Below the pieces are notes generated by a model. That model was not told the origin of the DNA. It saw only the letters and a program-made list of their open reading frames with translations, and searched no databases. The position numbers and the translations under genes were made by a program. Source: Promethearchaeota archaeon (GTDB taxonomy: Archaea; Asgardarchaeota; Lokiarchaeia; Sigyniarchaeales; SOKP01). From it: DNA of 17,601 bases. Numbering within the stretch: position 1 is the stretch's first letter; each line of letters opens with the position of its first letter. The stretch spans positions 1-17,601 of the forward strand of contig JAFGOA010000228.1 in assembly GCA_016926735.1 (NCBI GenBank). Direction: 5' to 3'. Of the stretch, positions 1 to 9,164 are shown piece after piece.

Positions 1-186
1 ATTATCTATTTCGGTAGCACTTATAAATCCATCTGGTCCAGCAGTGATTTGTTGTATATTAACTATATTGGAATCAAAGGTAAAATTTAAGCCATATGCC
101 GCTATTCTCTGATCTCCTGAATTGATATATACGTGAGTAGTGAATCTATCACCTACAATCTTATCCTCTACACCATCTATTCTTAT
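1..186 (-). other. N-terminal part of a cohesin-like domain within the large C25 protein
   Basis: Translation IRIDGVEDKIVGDRFTTHVYINSGDQRIAAYGLNFTFDSNIVNIQQITAGPDGFISATEIDN fits the cohesin pattern (VG-x-x-F-x-x-x-V-x-I/V-N ... A-x-x-x-x-x-Y/F-D-x-x-x-L/V). Only ~60 residues are visible. Confidence 0.68.
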
Positions 187-3100
187 ACATCCGGGTAAAT
201 CTATAATTGGATTAGAATTAATATGAATATTATTACTCTCATTCAGTTCAATCACTTGATTATTCTTATCAATAATACATTTTAATTCATACTTTCCAAA
301 AGGTATGGTAATATTCCCATAACAACATGCAGTATATATATTAATTATGTCTCCATCTAATAAAGTTAAATCATTTACTCCTCCTAAATAATAAATATTA
401 TCACCTTCAAATATATAAAAGTCAACAGGAATTTTTATTCCAAATAAGGATAATCCAGAATTAAAAATATATGATGATAAATTATAAGAGAAACTGATTT
501 CTCCTTCTTCTTCCATGATAAGATTAGTTAATTTATAATCAATGAAATCTACAACCTCAAAATCTGGAGCACAATCATCAGGTGAAAATTCAATAAGATC
601 ATCACAAAAATAAAGATTATTATTCTTATTTGATTCTGGTAATAAAGTAGTGGGATCCACCAAAAAATGCAATTGATATGTATCAAATGGTAAGGAAAAA
701 TACTCCTTAATGTGAATATTCTTTACTTCATTCTGGTCTAATCCATCAATATAATAATCTCCAAGGAAGTAAAGGCGGTGATCACTCATACTTCTTAAGT
801 AATATTCAACACTAAATGTTTTAGTAGTTTTCAATCCATAATTTTTAACATTAAATGATATATCATAAAAAAAATCTATCAGATTTTCTCCTGTCCAAGA
901 ATCCTTAAATATGCTTAGAGGAATTGTTGTAATGTCAATATCATTGTATATTGTTAAATCTGGTAATAATATATCATTTGAGACCACTAAAGGATAAGAA
1001 TCATTATAAATATTATTATTTTCATCTTTTTCTTCCACGTTTGCATCATTATCTACAGAACAAATTATCTCATATTCTCCAAATGGTAAAGTAATTGTTC
1101 CACTACAATTTGTAGTTATTTGATTAATTGGATCTAAACTCTCTATATAATATTCTCCTAGCGGATAAACAGAATTACCATTTTTGGCAATATATTGAAC
1201 CCAGAAACCTTTATTAGTTACTAAAAGACCTTTATTTATGATATCAGAAGATATTTCATAAGAAAATGTAATTTCATTATCTCCCAAGATTATATTGCTT
1301 TTTGTAATTTCGATATCACCCGAAGTAATATCTGGATAGAAATTATCAGGCTCAAGTATGAGGGGATTAGGATCAAATAAGTAATTATTTCCTTCCTCTG
1401 ACTCATATACATCATCATTTATATCTACATAATGAAATATCTGATATTCTCCTAAAGGTACCGTAATTGTATCAGGACTATTATAAATCACAGGTTTATA
1501 TTCATTAGGATTCAGTTCATTTGTATGATATGGTAGTCCAAGATAATACATTCCATTATCTCCCCACAAACCAAAACGACTATCGAATCCTCCTGCACTT
1601 TTTCCTCCTATATTCGTAATCCCTGATCTTAAATTATAATTAAATGTTACATTTCCATCATCCAAAACTTCAATATTACTTAAACCTATATTAATATTAT
1701 CATCTCTAACTAAATCTGGTGGGGTCAAATCCTGCGTAATTTCAACGCTAGGATCTCCAAAAAGATTAAGAGACAGATAGATATACTTCCATGCATTAAA
1801 TTTTTCTTGTTTCAACCATAATGCATCATCTAAGGTTAAAGCATCATTTTTTGCATCCTGTAAAGCCCAACCAATCTTATTTAAACCTTCTCTGAATATA
1901 GCATCATAAAATTGACGTAAATAATTTTCATTTGGACCCTCACCATAAGTCAAATATAACCCTAATCCAATATTACCAATCATAGCAAATGCTCCATTGT
2001 TAGAATTCATACACTGTTCTCCGAGTGTATTTCCCAGATGAAAAGCGAAAATTTCACACGCGGTAGTATACATAAAAAAATTCTTTGTATTTCTAAGAGA
2101 ACCAATCTCTGGAATAGTCATTTTCATCAGTTTATCATGACCATGTGCCACATTATTTATTATATGTATTCCATGTTCACCAGTAAGTTTTGAGATAAGA
2201 TCACTTTTATCCCAATTATGTTCAGAATAATCATCTCGATCATATAGTTTGTCTATACTATAATACGGGTCAAATTGTTTTGTGCTATAATGAGAAGAAT
2301 CACAATAACCAGAAGTTTTTTCATTATAAATTAGATAATCTAGGTCATCACCACCAAAATTAATTTCATCTAAGCGTTGACCTACATTCAAAACACTGTA
2401 TAAATAAAAATCATCATTATTCTCACTCAATTCTTGTTCATGAAGAAGTGTTTTTCTCAAAAAATTTGAGAGTTGATTTGTTGTACTAACAGGAGCTCTT
2501 CCAACAGCAATTTGTATCTTGTTACCAATAGAAAGATATTGATCCCAATCTTTTTCTTCACCATAAATTCCATCAAAATCTTCATCCCAATAACAATCTA
2601 AAGAAGCATAATACTGATCTGAGGGAAATGGTCGTTTATAATCATAATGATAATTCTCGTTTATAAGTGGGCTTTGAAATTCTCTCATAGGAATAATACT
2701 GTCATCTCCACATAGAAGAATATATCTTGTACCCCATAAACCATAAGCATCTTGTATAAATGCTCTTATTTTTCCTGGATCATCCTCCCAATATTCATAT
2801 TCATCTCTTATTTCTTCTAAGGTTACAATTTTAGGATAATAACCTTGAATTGTTTTAAAATCTATAAAATCTTGTAAGGTATAATATTCATGAGAATTTT
2901 TCAATGCTTCATTTGTAATAATAACATAATTATATAGTCCATGATCATCAAATATACTCTGTTCTTTTGGCTTAATTGATGCCATTGGATCTCCAAAAAG
3001 TGTTGTAGTACAAAGAATCCTTTTATCCCAATTTGAACCATAAGTTGCAGTATATCGTCTTAAAAGTTCTTCTTTAGCATCTTGTAGTGCTCTACCAATT

Positions 3101-4506
3101 TCATTTATCCCTTCTTGAAAGATAGCATCATAAAATTCACGACCTATCATCTGATTTGGATCATTTGTAAGATCACTACGTGCTCCTGTTCTTGGACCAA
3201 CACCTATATCTCCAATTGCAGCAAATGCTCCATAAGTAGAAGTTATCAGTTCTTCTCCAATAGAATCATATGTAAAATGAATATAATTTGTATTACTATA
3301 ATAATTTTGATCAATTTCATCTGCAAAATAAAAAGCATTGCCTTGATAAGAATAGAGAAAAAAACATTTTTGATTTCTAAAAGAAGCTACATCCTGAAAA
3401 TCTAGTTCCATTAATTTATTATGATTAATTAGTGCTGCCTCCTCAAGTGGAATTAATTCATTTACTACTCCACCTGGAGCGACTACCTCAAATGGAAGTC
3501 CATGGTAATTTAATATATGTACACCATGTTCACTCTCAATAAAATTCATCAATGGATAATTGGTCCAACTCTCGATAATGATATTTGGAGGGTAATACCC
3601 ACTGGTATCTCGTTCATAAAGAGTCTCAAAGTGATAAGTATCAGGAATCTTCTTTGTTTGGTAATCATGAGCATGACAATACTCATTTGAATCACACATG
3701 TATAATTGATCTAAACAATCAGCACCAAAAAAAAGATTTGGAGGATCTTCCCAATCAATTCCCTCAAATTCTCCTGCCATCAAACCGCTATATAAATATT
3801 CAACATCTGATTTATGTTTAAGTTCATATTCATGAGCAAGTGTTTTCCTCACAAAATTATTAACTTCTGATGTTGAACCGACAGGAGCTCTCCCAACATA
3901 AACATCTCCAAGGTTTCCACTGTTCAATATCAAATTCCAATCACTTTCTTCACCATAAATCCTATTCAAATTTCCATCCCAATTAATATGTATTGCTGAA
4001 TAATATAGATCAGTGTAAAAGGCATAAGGATCTTGAGGACCTGGAATCCAATCTGGTAGATCAACTCCATTACAAAAATATCTTGGAGGAATAATATTTG
4101 AATCTCCTCCTAAAAGAACATATCTGGTCTCCCATCTATTATATGCATCTACGATAAAATTGCGTATTTTTTCCGCATTGTCTCTCCCACCATAATTATT
4201 ATAAATATCCTCAACAGTTACTATGGTTCCATATATTCCTTTTTGAAGTTTATTATCAATTAGATCTTCAAATTTATAAGCAGTATTAGGATTTATAAAT
4301 GCTTTACATGTAATAATAACATATAGATAAGATTCATCATTATGAACAATTGCTGATGATTTTGGTTCCTCATCTAAATACAATATAGGTTCAGAATCAT
4401 TTTCTTTATAAATTCCACTATTTTGTTTATTTATAGAATTTGTTGTTATCAAAAAAATGACTATAAATAAAATTGTATAAATGGATTTCTTACTATTTTT
4501 TTTCAT
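1..4506 (-). CDS. Large secreted multidomain protein, 3' end outside the window: signal peptide + two C25 (gingipain-like) peptidase domains + 4 CARDB domains + cohesin-like domain
   Basis: Manual translation from ATG at 4506 finds no stop down to base 1 (1502 codons). N-terminus MKKNSKKSIYTILFIVIFLITT is signal-like. C25 domain 1 (~2986-4329) has YVIIT, AEKIRNFIVDAY, YVLLGGD, TDLYYS, VGRAPV, GAFAAIG and LFGDP. C25 domain 2 (~1750-2934) has YVIIT, YILLCGDD, SDQYYA, VGRAPV, INNVAHG, YTTAC and NLFGDP. Four CARDB-like units (~1381-1722, ~1000-1338, ~610-966, ~222-570) each start PDL/PDI/PDF and end D...E..E/K.NN. The cohesin-like segment covers 1-186. Confidence 0.93.
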   Translation of the reverse strand, partial: MKKNSKKSIYTILFIVIFLITTNSINKQNSGIYKENDSEPILYLDEEPKSSAIVHNDESYLYVIITCKAFINPNTAYKFEDLIDNKLQKGIYGTIVTVEDIYNNYGGRDNAEKIRNFIVDAYNRWETRYVLLGGDSNIIPPRYFCNGVDLPDWIPGPQDPYAFYTDLYYSAIHINWDGNLNRIYGEESDWNLILNSGNLGDVYVGRAPVGSTSEVNNFVRKTLAHEYELKHKSDVEYLYSGLMAGEFEGIDWEDPPNLFFGADCLDQLYMCDSNEYCHAHDYQTKKIPDTYHFETLYERDTSGYYPPNIIIESWTNYPLMNFIESEHGVHILNYHGLPFEVVAPGGVVNELIPLEEAALINHNKLMELDFQDVASFRNQKCFFLYSYQGNAFYFADEIDQNYYSNTNYIHFTYDSIGEELITSTYGAFAAIGDIGVGPRTGARSDLTNDPNQMIGREFYDAIFQEGINEIGRALQDAKEELLRRYTATYGSNWDKRILCTTTLFGDPMASIKPKEQSIFDDHGLYNYVIITNEALKNSHEYYTLQDFIDFKTIQGYYPKIVTLEEIRDEYEYWEDDPGKIRAFIQDAYGLWGTRYILLCGDDSIIPMREFQSPLINENYHYDYKRPFPSDQYYASLDCYWDEDFDGIYGEEKDWDQYLSIGNKIQIAVGRAPVSTTNQLSNFLRKTLLHEQELSENNDDFYLYSVLNVGQRLDEINFGGDDLDYLIYNEKTSGYCDSSHYSTKQFDPYYSIDKLYDRDDYSEHNWDKSDLISKLTGEHGIHIINNVAHGHDKLMKMTIPEIGSLRNTKNFFMYTTACEIFAFHLGNTLGEQCMNSNNGAFAMIGNIGLGLYLTYGEGPNENYLRQFYDAIFREGLNKIGWALQDAKNDALTLDDALWLKQEKFNAWKYIYLSLNLFGDPSVEITQDLTPPDLVRDDNINIGLSNIEVLDDGNVTFNYNLRSGITNIGGKSAGGFDSRFGLWGDNGMYYLGLPYHTNELNPNEYKPVIYNSPDTITVPLGEYQIFHYVDINDDVYESEEGNNYLFDPNPLILEPDNFYPDITSGDIEITKSNIILGDNEITFSYEISSDIINKGLLVTNKGFWVQYIAKNGNSVYPLGEYYIESLDPINQITTNCSGTITLPFGEYEIICSVDNDANVEEKDENNNIYNDSYPLVVSNDILLPDLTIYNDIDITTIPLSIFKDSWTGENLIDFFYDISFNVKNYGLKTTKTFSVEYYLRSMSDHRLYFLGDYYIDGLDQNEVKNIHIKEYFSLPFDTYQLHFLVDPTTLLPESNKNNNLYFCDDLIEFSPDDCAPDFEVVDFIDYKLTNLIMEEEGEISFSYNLSSYIFNSGLSLFGIKIPVDFYIFEGDNIYYLGGVNDLTLLDGDIINIYTACCYGNITIPFGKYELKCIIDKNNQVIELNESNNIHINSNPIIDLPGCIRIDGVEDKIVGDRFTTHVYINSGDQRIAAYGLNFTFDSNIVNIQQITAGPDGFISATEIDN

Positions 4507-4629
4507 AACTAAACATTGTTTCCCTAATTAATTATTAAAATATAGACATATTTAAAAAGAATCTGGTATTTAATTTTGTTAAAAATTCTTTAGTAGATTT
4601 AAGTGAAAGCTAAGAGTTTAGTATACGAA

Positions 4630-4815
4630 AATGATCAATGATTTCTATAATATTTAAATTCTCCTGACTTGAATCAGATGAAGTGGTTTTGGAAATTTTT
4701 GCGTAGACGGGTAACCCATGATATATTTTTTAATTGCCATAAAAAATTCTAGAGTACTATTACGAAATTTATTAGAAAAGTCAAAAAACCATCTATTGAA
4801 ATTCAAACACAATAG
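4630..4815 (+). mobile_element. Degenerate C-terminal relic of an IS630-family (DDE) transposase
   Basis: Frame +1 from 4660 reads SPDLNQMKWFWKFLRRRVTHDIFFNCHKKF*STITKFIRKVKKPSIEIQTQ*. This matches the IS630 motif YSPDLNPIE.xWK.L+..V.HN..F. The catalytic Glu position is Lys (AAG, 4681-4683), and there are in-frame stops at 4750-4752 and upstream. No terminal inverted repeats were recognised. Confidence 0.75.
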
Positions 4816-4967
4816 CACAATGATATTCCATCCCCAATGGGATATAATTGATTTTAATTTGGTCCTTTGATATAATGCTATCGAAATTAACTAAAATTAT
4901 AATTGAAGTAAATAAAAGAGGCAAAATAATAAAAAAGGATTTAAAGTATTCTATTAATAATCCAATT

Positions 4968-5636
4968 CTATAAATTTGAACCACAATGTTCACAAAATTG
5001 TGCAGATTTCTTTACTTTCTTGCCACAACTACTGCAAAATTTCATATCTTCTGATGGAGGTTCTTGTGAACTTCCTATTGGAACATTAAAAATACTAGAA
5101 TCTTTATTTTGGCCTTTAGGTAATCTTTTTGCTGAATCATCTCTAAAATATATAAATATACGCCAATTAGAGGCAGAAGGAGGATTTTTAGGGATAATAT
5201 TTTGTGGTAAAGTGAATTTAAATGGATATTCTTTTTTTTCATTTGAATTAATCTCATCATTATCTTTGATCTCAACAATTTTGAGACGTTCGTAACGTGG
5301 CATATAACCTCCAGACATTTGAGGTGTTTCTGCTCCTGCACTTGATCGAAATCCTCCAGAAGACATCTCGACTCCTGGACTTGGTCGAAATCTTCCAGGA
5401 GAAACCTCTGTTCCACGCATAGTAGATCCTGAAGCTGAAGGTCCTGATGGTCCTGACGGTCCTGAAGACCTAACCACAAATGTTTCATATGTTTCAATTA
5501 TCTGTGCTTGAATTTTTTTTATTTTCTTTGTTTTTTTCTCTTGAGATGTAATATACATAATCCCTTCAATTTCATCTCCAGGATTATATGCTGTTTTTTG
5601 ATTTATAATTTTATATTCAAATAATAATTTAACCAT
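4968..5636 (-). CDS. Arrestin-N/Spo0M-like beta-sandwich protein with a low-complexity insert and C-terminal zinc ribbon
   Basis: 222 aa ORF. YNPGDEIEG...KIKKIQAQI and EKKEYPFKFTLP resemble the arrestin-N/Spo0M fold. The C-terminus FCSSCGKKVKKSAQFCEHCGSNL is a CxxC...CxxC zinc ribbon. A purine-rich GAGGA lies just upstream of the ATG. Confidence 0.7.
   Translation of the reverse strand: MVKLLFEYKIINQKTAYNPGDEIEGIMYITSQEKKTKKIKKIQAQIIETYETFVVRSSGPSGPSGPSASGSTMRGTEVSPGRFRPSPGVEMSSGGFRSSAGAETPQMSGGYMPRYERLKIVEIKDNDEINSNEKKEYPFKFTLPQNIIPKNPPSASNWRIFIYFRDDSAKRLPKGQNKDSSIFNVPIGSSQEPPSEDMKFCSSCGKKVKKSAQFCEHCGSNL
5329..5406. repeat. Imperfect 39-bp tandem duplication (2 copies, 31/39 identical) inside the arrestin-like gene
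   Basis: 5329-5367 vs 5368-5406; encodes EVSPGRFRPSPGV / EMSSGGFRSSAGA. Confidence 0.85.
5440..5466. repeat. 9-bp tandem repeat (GGTCCTGAN x3) encoding SGP repeats
   Basis: ggtcctgat ggtcctgac ggtcctgaa; the protein reads SSGPSGPSGPS. Confidence 0.9.
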
Positions 5637-6018
5637 ATTCTAATTCCTCTTTTTTGAGAATAAATAATAATTTATTATTTAATTTAAATAGTTTATTCTA
5701 ATCCAGAAATGAATATTTTATATTATAAGAATAAATTTACTTAATGTCCTGTATTAAAGAGGATATTAGTCGATTTTATAAAATTTAAAATTCTAATAAG
5801 AAATATAATTTATTTTATGCAATGATATTTAAAAACAGAAATTTTCATTTTTCTTATTGATAATTATTAAGATTTTTTTATTAGAAAGTAATCTTATCAA
5901 TAGAAATTATTCGTGAATGATTTTAATTACTAAATTTAATTTATTATTGGAAAGAAATCTATAGCCTTCTTTAAGAAAAGTATCAATAGCATCGTTAAAA
6001 TACAAATATTTTAATATA

Positions 6019-6118
6019 TTATACATCTAAAAAGAGCCAGTGTATATTCATCTTGATATAAAATATGTGAACTATGAGAATTTTCAAAATGACAGATAAT
6101 ACATTCTGATTTTTTTAT
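6019..6118 (-). pseudogene. Probable 5' remnant of a HIT-family (histidine triad) hydrolase gene
   Basis: Minus strand reads (ATA)KKSECIICHFENSHSSHILYQDEYTLA, then FLDV* after a 1-nt frameshift. This resembles the HIT N-terminus CIFCKI...S.I.YEDE..LAFLDI. No ATG and no HxHxH motif remain. Confidence 0.4.
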
Positions 6119-6162
6119 AGAAAAATTAAAGAATTTATGTATATTAATGTATGTAGATAATC

Positions 6163-6783
6163 TTGATAATAAATACTGTTATTTCATATCTATCTTCAAT
6201 CTTAAAAACGTTAGGATATAGAAAAACAAAAAATAATTTCTGGAAACACCAAAATGAATTTTATAATCTTATAAACTTTCAAAAAGGGGCTTATGGGGAT
6301 TATTTTTTTATCAATATCGGAATTCATCCTATCGGGCTACCTTTACTTACCGAACTTGAAGATTTTCTCCCAGAAAAGCCAAAAGAATATGAATGTTTGA
6401 TCAGAACTCGAATAGAGAACCTTCTTCAGGATTATTCACACAAAATTCTTGATAAAGGATTCATGTGTTATGATATCACAATAAAAGAATGGGAAGATTT
6501 CCTTGAAATGGTGTTTCCAACGGACGTTCACAATTGGATAACTGAATTTAGTTCTTTTACGAAGCTTATTAGTATGAGCCAAGTCGAAATGGAGCGATTA
6601 ATGCCTTATGCACCTATTGTTAAAGAAAAAATATATTTTATGACACGGTTCTATTGTTTTTACAAATTAAATAAGATTAATGAAGCTCAAATAGCATTAG
6701 AAAAATATAATGAGATCAATCTTTCAGAATTTAATTTTTCTAGAGTTGATATCTATTTAAACAATCTAATCAATAATGATTAG
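6163..6783 (+). CDS. DUF4304-like hypothetical protein
   Basis: 206 aa ORF with TTG start (start position uncertain). LKTLGYRKTKNNFWK...LINFQKG.YG..FFINIGI matches the DUF4304 pattern. Confidence 0.7.
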   Translation: MIINTVISYLSSILKTLGYRKTKNNFWKHQNEFYNLINFQKGAYGDYFFINIGIHPIGLPLLTELEDFLPEKPKEYECLIRTRIENLLQDYSHKILDKGFMCYDITIKEWEDFLEMVFPTDVHNWITEFSSFTKLISMSQVEMERLMPYAPIVKEKIYFMTRFYCFYKLNKINEAQIALEKYNEINLSEFNFSRVDIYLNNLINND

Positions 6784-6959
6784 AATAGATTTTTAAAAAG
6801 TAAATTAATTATTTACTCAAATATATCTAAAGTTTCTAAAATTATTGTTAATAGAAAAAAAAAATATATATTTTTATTATAAAAAAAAAAAACTTTTTAG
6901 TTAATTTTATCTCCACTTTTTTTCATAAACTATAAATTATTTTTATTTATTAAAATATT

Positions 6960-8339
6960 ATGGCGTTAAGTAGTACAGATTCAGAAGTGAATATTGATGA
7001 TCTAAATAAATATAAATCTGTTGGAAAACGATTTTTTCAGATAGATGTTATGAAAACAGTATGCATTATATGTGTAATTGCGGCCCATACTTTCGGTCAA
7101 TTTCATGTATATGATAATTTATGGATATTTATTCAACCGGTAACCTTATTTATGATAATATTGGGTTTTAACTATGGTAATTCTTTCAAGAAAAAGAATT
7201 ATCATAAGCTAAGTGAAATGTATAGTTTTCAATATTTTAAAGGAATATTTTGGAGATTGATTTTTCCGTTACTATTGATTAATCTCATTAGCTATTTTAT
7301 AGATCTATTTTTTTTTAGTACTACAGGGTATTATATTAATGGATGGAGTATGACTCAATTACAACCAGTAAGTTGGGGCCCAACCAATATTCCTGGATAT
7401 GCAAATACAAATATATTTTATTTTCTTCTTGGAACACCATATTTTGCTGGTCCAGGTGATTTTTATATAGTTATGCTAGTACAATTCATTTTTATCTTTC
7501 CGTTAATCTATAAATTGTTTGATATACATCCTATTTTAGGTTTAGTAACATGTTGTGCAATAGAATTAAGTTTACAATTGATAGTTCCTAATATTCCTCC
7601 TGTTGTAGGATTCTTTAATGATTATTTCTTTTTAACTTATGCAAATATCTTAAGATATATGTCTGCAATTGGATTGGGACTATGGTTTATAAATAACCAT
7701 AATTTGTTTTCCAAGAAAAATGTTTTTATTATAGTTATGGTAATTCCTGCTTTTTTTATTTTAGTAATGGGATACTGGGGGGATATACTTGCTCCAAATT
7801 TGTTAGATAATAATATAATGCAAACAATCTTTTTTAAATCTGGAGATGGCTATGCATTAAAGATTTTCAGTGCATTTGGTTGGTGGGAAATGAACAACTT
7901 ATTTACATACTTTTGGCCAGCCTTCGTTTTTCTTCTGCTTATGAAAGTATTACCATCCAATCTAAATAAGGAAAAACCAAGATCCGAATCTGTATCAAGG
8001 TTTTTTGAAAAATATAGTAAACTGACATATCATATTCTATTAGTTCAAATTGTTTATTTCTTTATAAATATTCCTATCGCATGGGGGATAAGCATAACAA
8101 TTAATAATGCCTTCTATAATGGATTTATATTACCAATAACAGAACCATATGGAATATCAGCTTCATGGATGGATCATAGTATTTTAAGCCTCAAAACCTC
8201 TATAGCTGTAGGTCTATTAGAATTATTTGTAATATTTATAAATTGTGCAGTCGTTTTTACCTTGGCAATTTGGTTTAGAAAAGTAGATTTAGGTATTCAA
8301 AAGAATTTAAAAAAACTCGGAAAAAAAATCAAAAAATAA
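6960..8339 (+). CDS. Acyltransferase family 3 (OafA/YrhL-like) polytopic membrane O-acyltransferase
   Basis: 459 aa with many hydrophobic helices. RFFQIDVMKTVCIICVIAAH matches the R..ID..+...I..V...H motif. Also has VTLFMIILGF, FWRLIFP, FYIVMLVQF..IFPL and TYHILLVQ. Confidence 0.85.
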   Translation: MALSSTDSEVNIDDLNKYKSVGKRFFQIDVMKTVCIICVIAAHTFGQFHVYDNLWIFIQPVTLFMIILGFNYGNSFKKKNYHKLSEMYSFQYFKGIFWRLIFPLLLINLISYFIDLFFFSTTGYYINGWSMTQLQPVSWGPTNIPGYANTNIFYFLLGTPYFAGPGDFYIVMLVQFIFIFPLIYKLFDIHPILGLVTCCAIELSLQLIVPNIPPVVGFFNDYFFLTYANILRYMSAIGLGLWFINNHNLFSKKNVFIIVMVIPAFFILVMGYWGDILAPNLLDNNIMQTIFFKSGDGYALKIFSAFGWWEMNNLFTYFWPAFVFLLLMKVLPSNLNKEKPRSESVSRFFEKYSKLTYHILLVQIVYFFINIPIAWGISITINNAFYNGFILPITEPYGISASWMDHSILSLKTSIAVGLLELFVIFINCAVVFTLAIWFRKVDLGIQKNLKKLGKKIKK

Positions 8340-8517
8340 GAATTGTCAGAATTTCTTTTTTCTATTTTTTTTAATTCGTGAAAGATTCATATTACAAAAT
8401 AAATATTTTGATATTTATTACAAAGAAAGCATTAAATATCGAGATACCAATATTCAATCGTTTCCTATATGAATTTAAATATCAAATATTCATTATCTTA
8501 ATAGTTGATGATGAAAT

Positions 8518-9006
8518 ATGGTAAAAGTAAAGAATCCTGATTTAATTCAAAAGGAAATAACTCAAGGTTCCTATGAAAGAAAACGTTTTTTTTCAATTGT
8601 TGCTCATATGGACCACGGTAAAACTACGCCCTCTGATTATTTGCTTAGAAGAGCTGGGTTAATGAGACCTGAAGATGCTGAACATCTTCAAATGATAGAT
8701 TCAGATGAAGAACAAGCTCATGGGATTACTATATTCACTTCTGTAGTTTTATTATCATTTAAAGATCCTAGAGATCCAGATGGAGAAGAATATATATTTC
8801 AAATTAATGACACTCCTGGTCACATTTCCTTTACAGGAGAAGTATCTCGTGCATTAAGAGGTTCAGATGGTGTAATTATAATTATTGATGCTTTAGAAGG
8901 ACTTATGACTCAAACGGAAACTAATATTCGTCTTTCTGTAGGAGAAGAACTTTGTAAACCCGTTTTATTTATTAATAAAATAGATAGGTTAATAAGTGAA
9001 TCATAG
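8518..9006 (+). pseudogene. fusA: Truncated, degenerate elongation factor EF-2 (N-terminal G domain only)
   Basis: Has G1 AHMDHGKTT, switch I HGITI (canonical RGITI), G3 DTPGH and G4 NKID. It stops (TAG) at aa 162, whereas EF-2 is over 700 aa. No EF-2-like continuation was found downstream. A Pro follows GKTT directly, which suggests decay. Confidence 0.88.
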
Positions 9007-9164
9007 GTTCTTCTTTTAATAGTTTCTATATTGTTTATCGAAAGCAATAATAAATGAGTATGATTTTTCATAAAATAGAAAAAATTATTTGAATCATTGA
9101 TTATGCCTATTGAATCATTTTTTCTTTCAATCAAATAATTTTCATATCTTCTTATAATTGTATT

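Noticed and set aside
3115-3821. ORF-track entries 3115..3405 (+) and 3585..3821 (+)
   Set aside because: They are antisense shadows of the long minus-strand C25 gene and have no recognisable motifs.
4793-4993. 66-aa hydrophobic minus-strand ORF
   Set aside because: It overlaps the zinc-ribbon gene end and the IS630 relic. Hydrophobicity is expected from AT-rich DNA, and there is no family motif.
5020-5497. ORFs 5020..5295 (+) and 5075..5497 (-)
   Set aside because: These are alternative frames within the arrestin-like gene. The repeated LLEDFDQVQE simply reflects the 39-bp duplication.
5742-5768. Imperfect inverted repeat TAATGTCCT-N9-AGGATATTA
   Set aside because: It is a single imperfect instance with no recurrence in the window and cannot be distinguished from chance.
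8910-9134. 74-aa minus-strand ORF
   Set aside because: It is antisense to the EF-2 fragment and has no motif.
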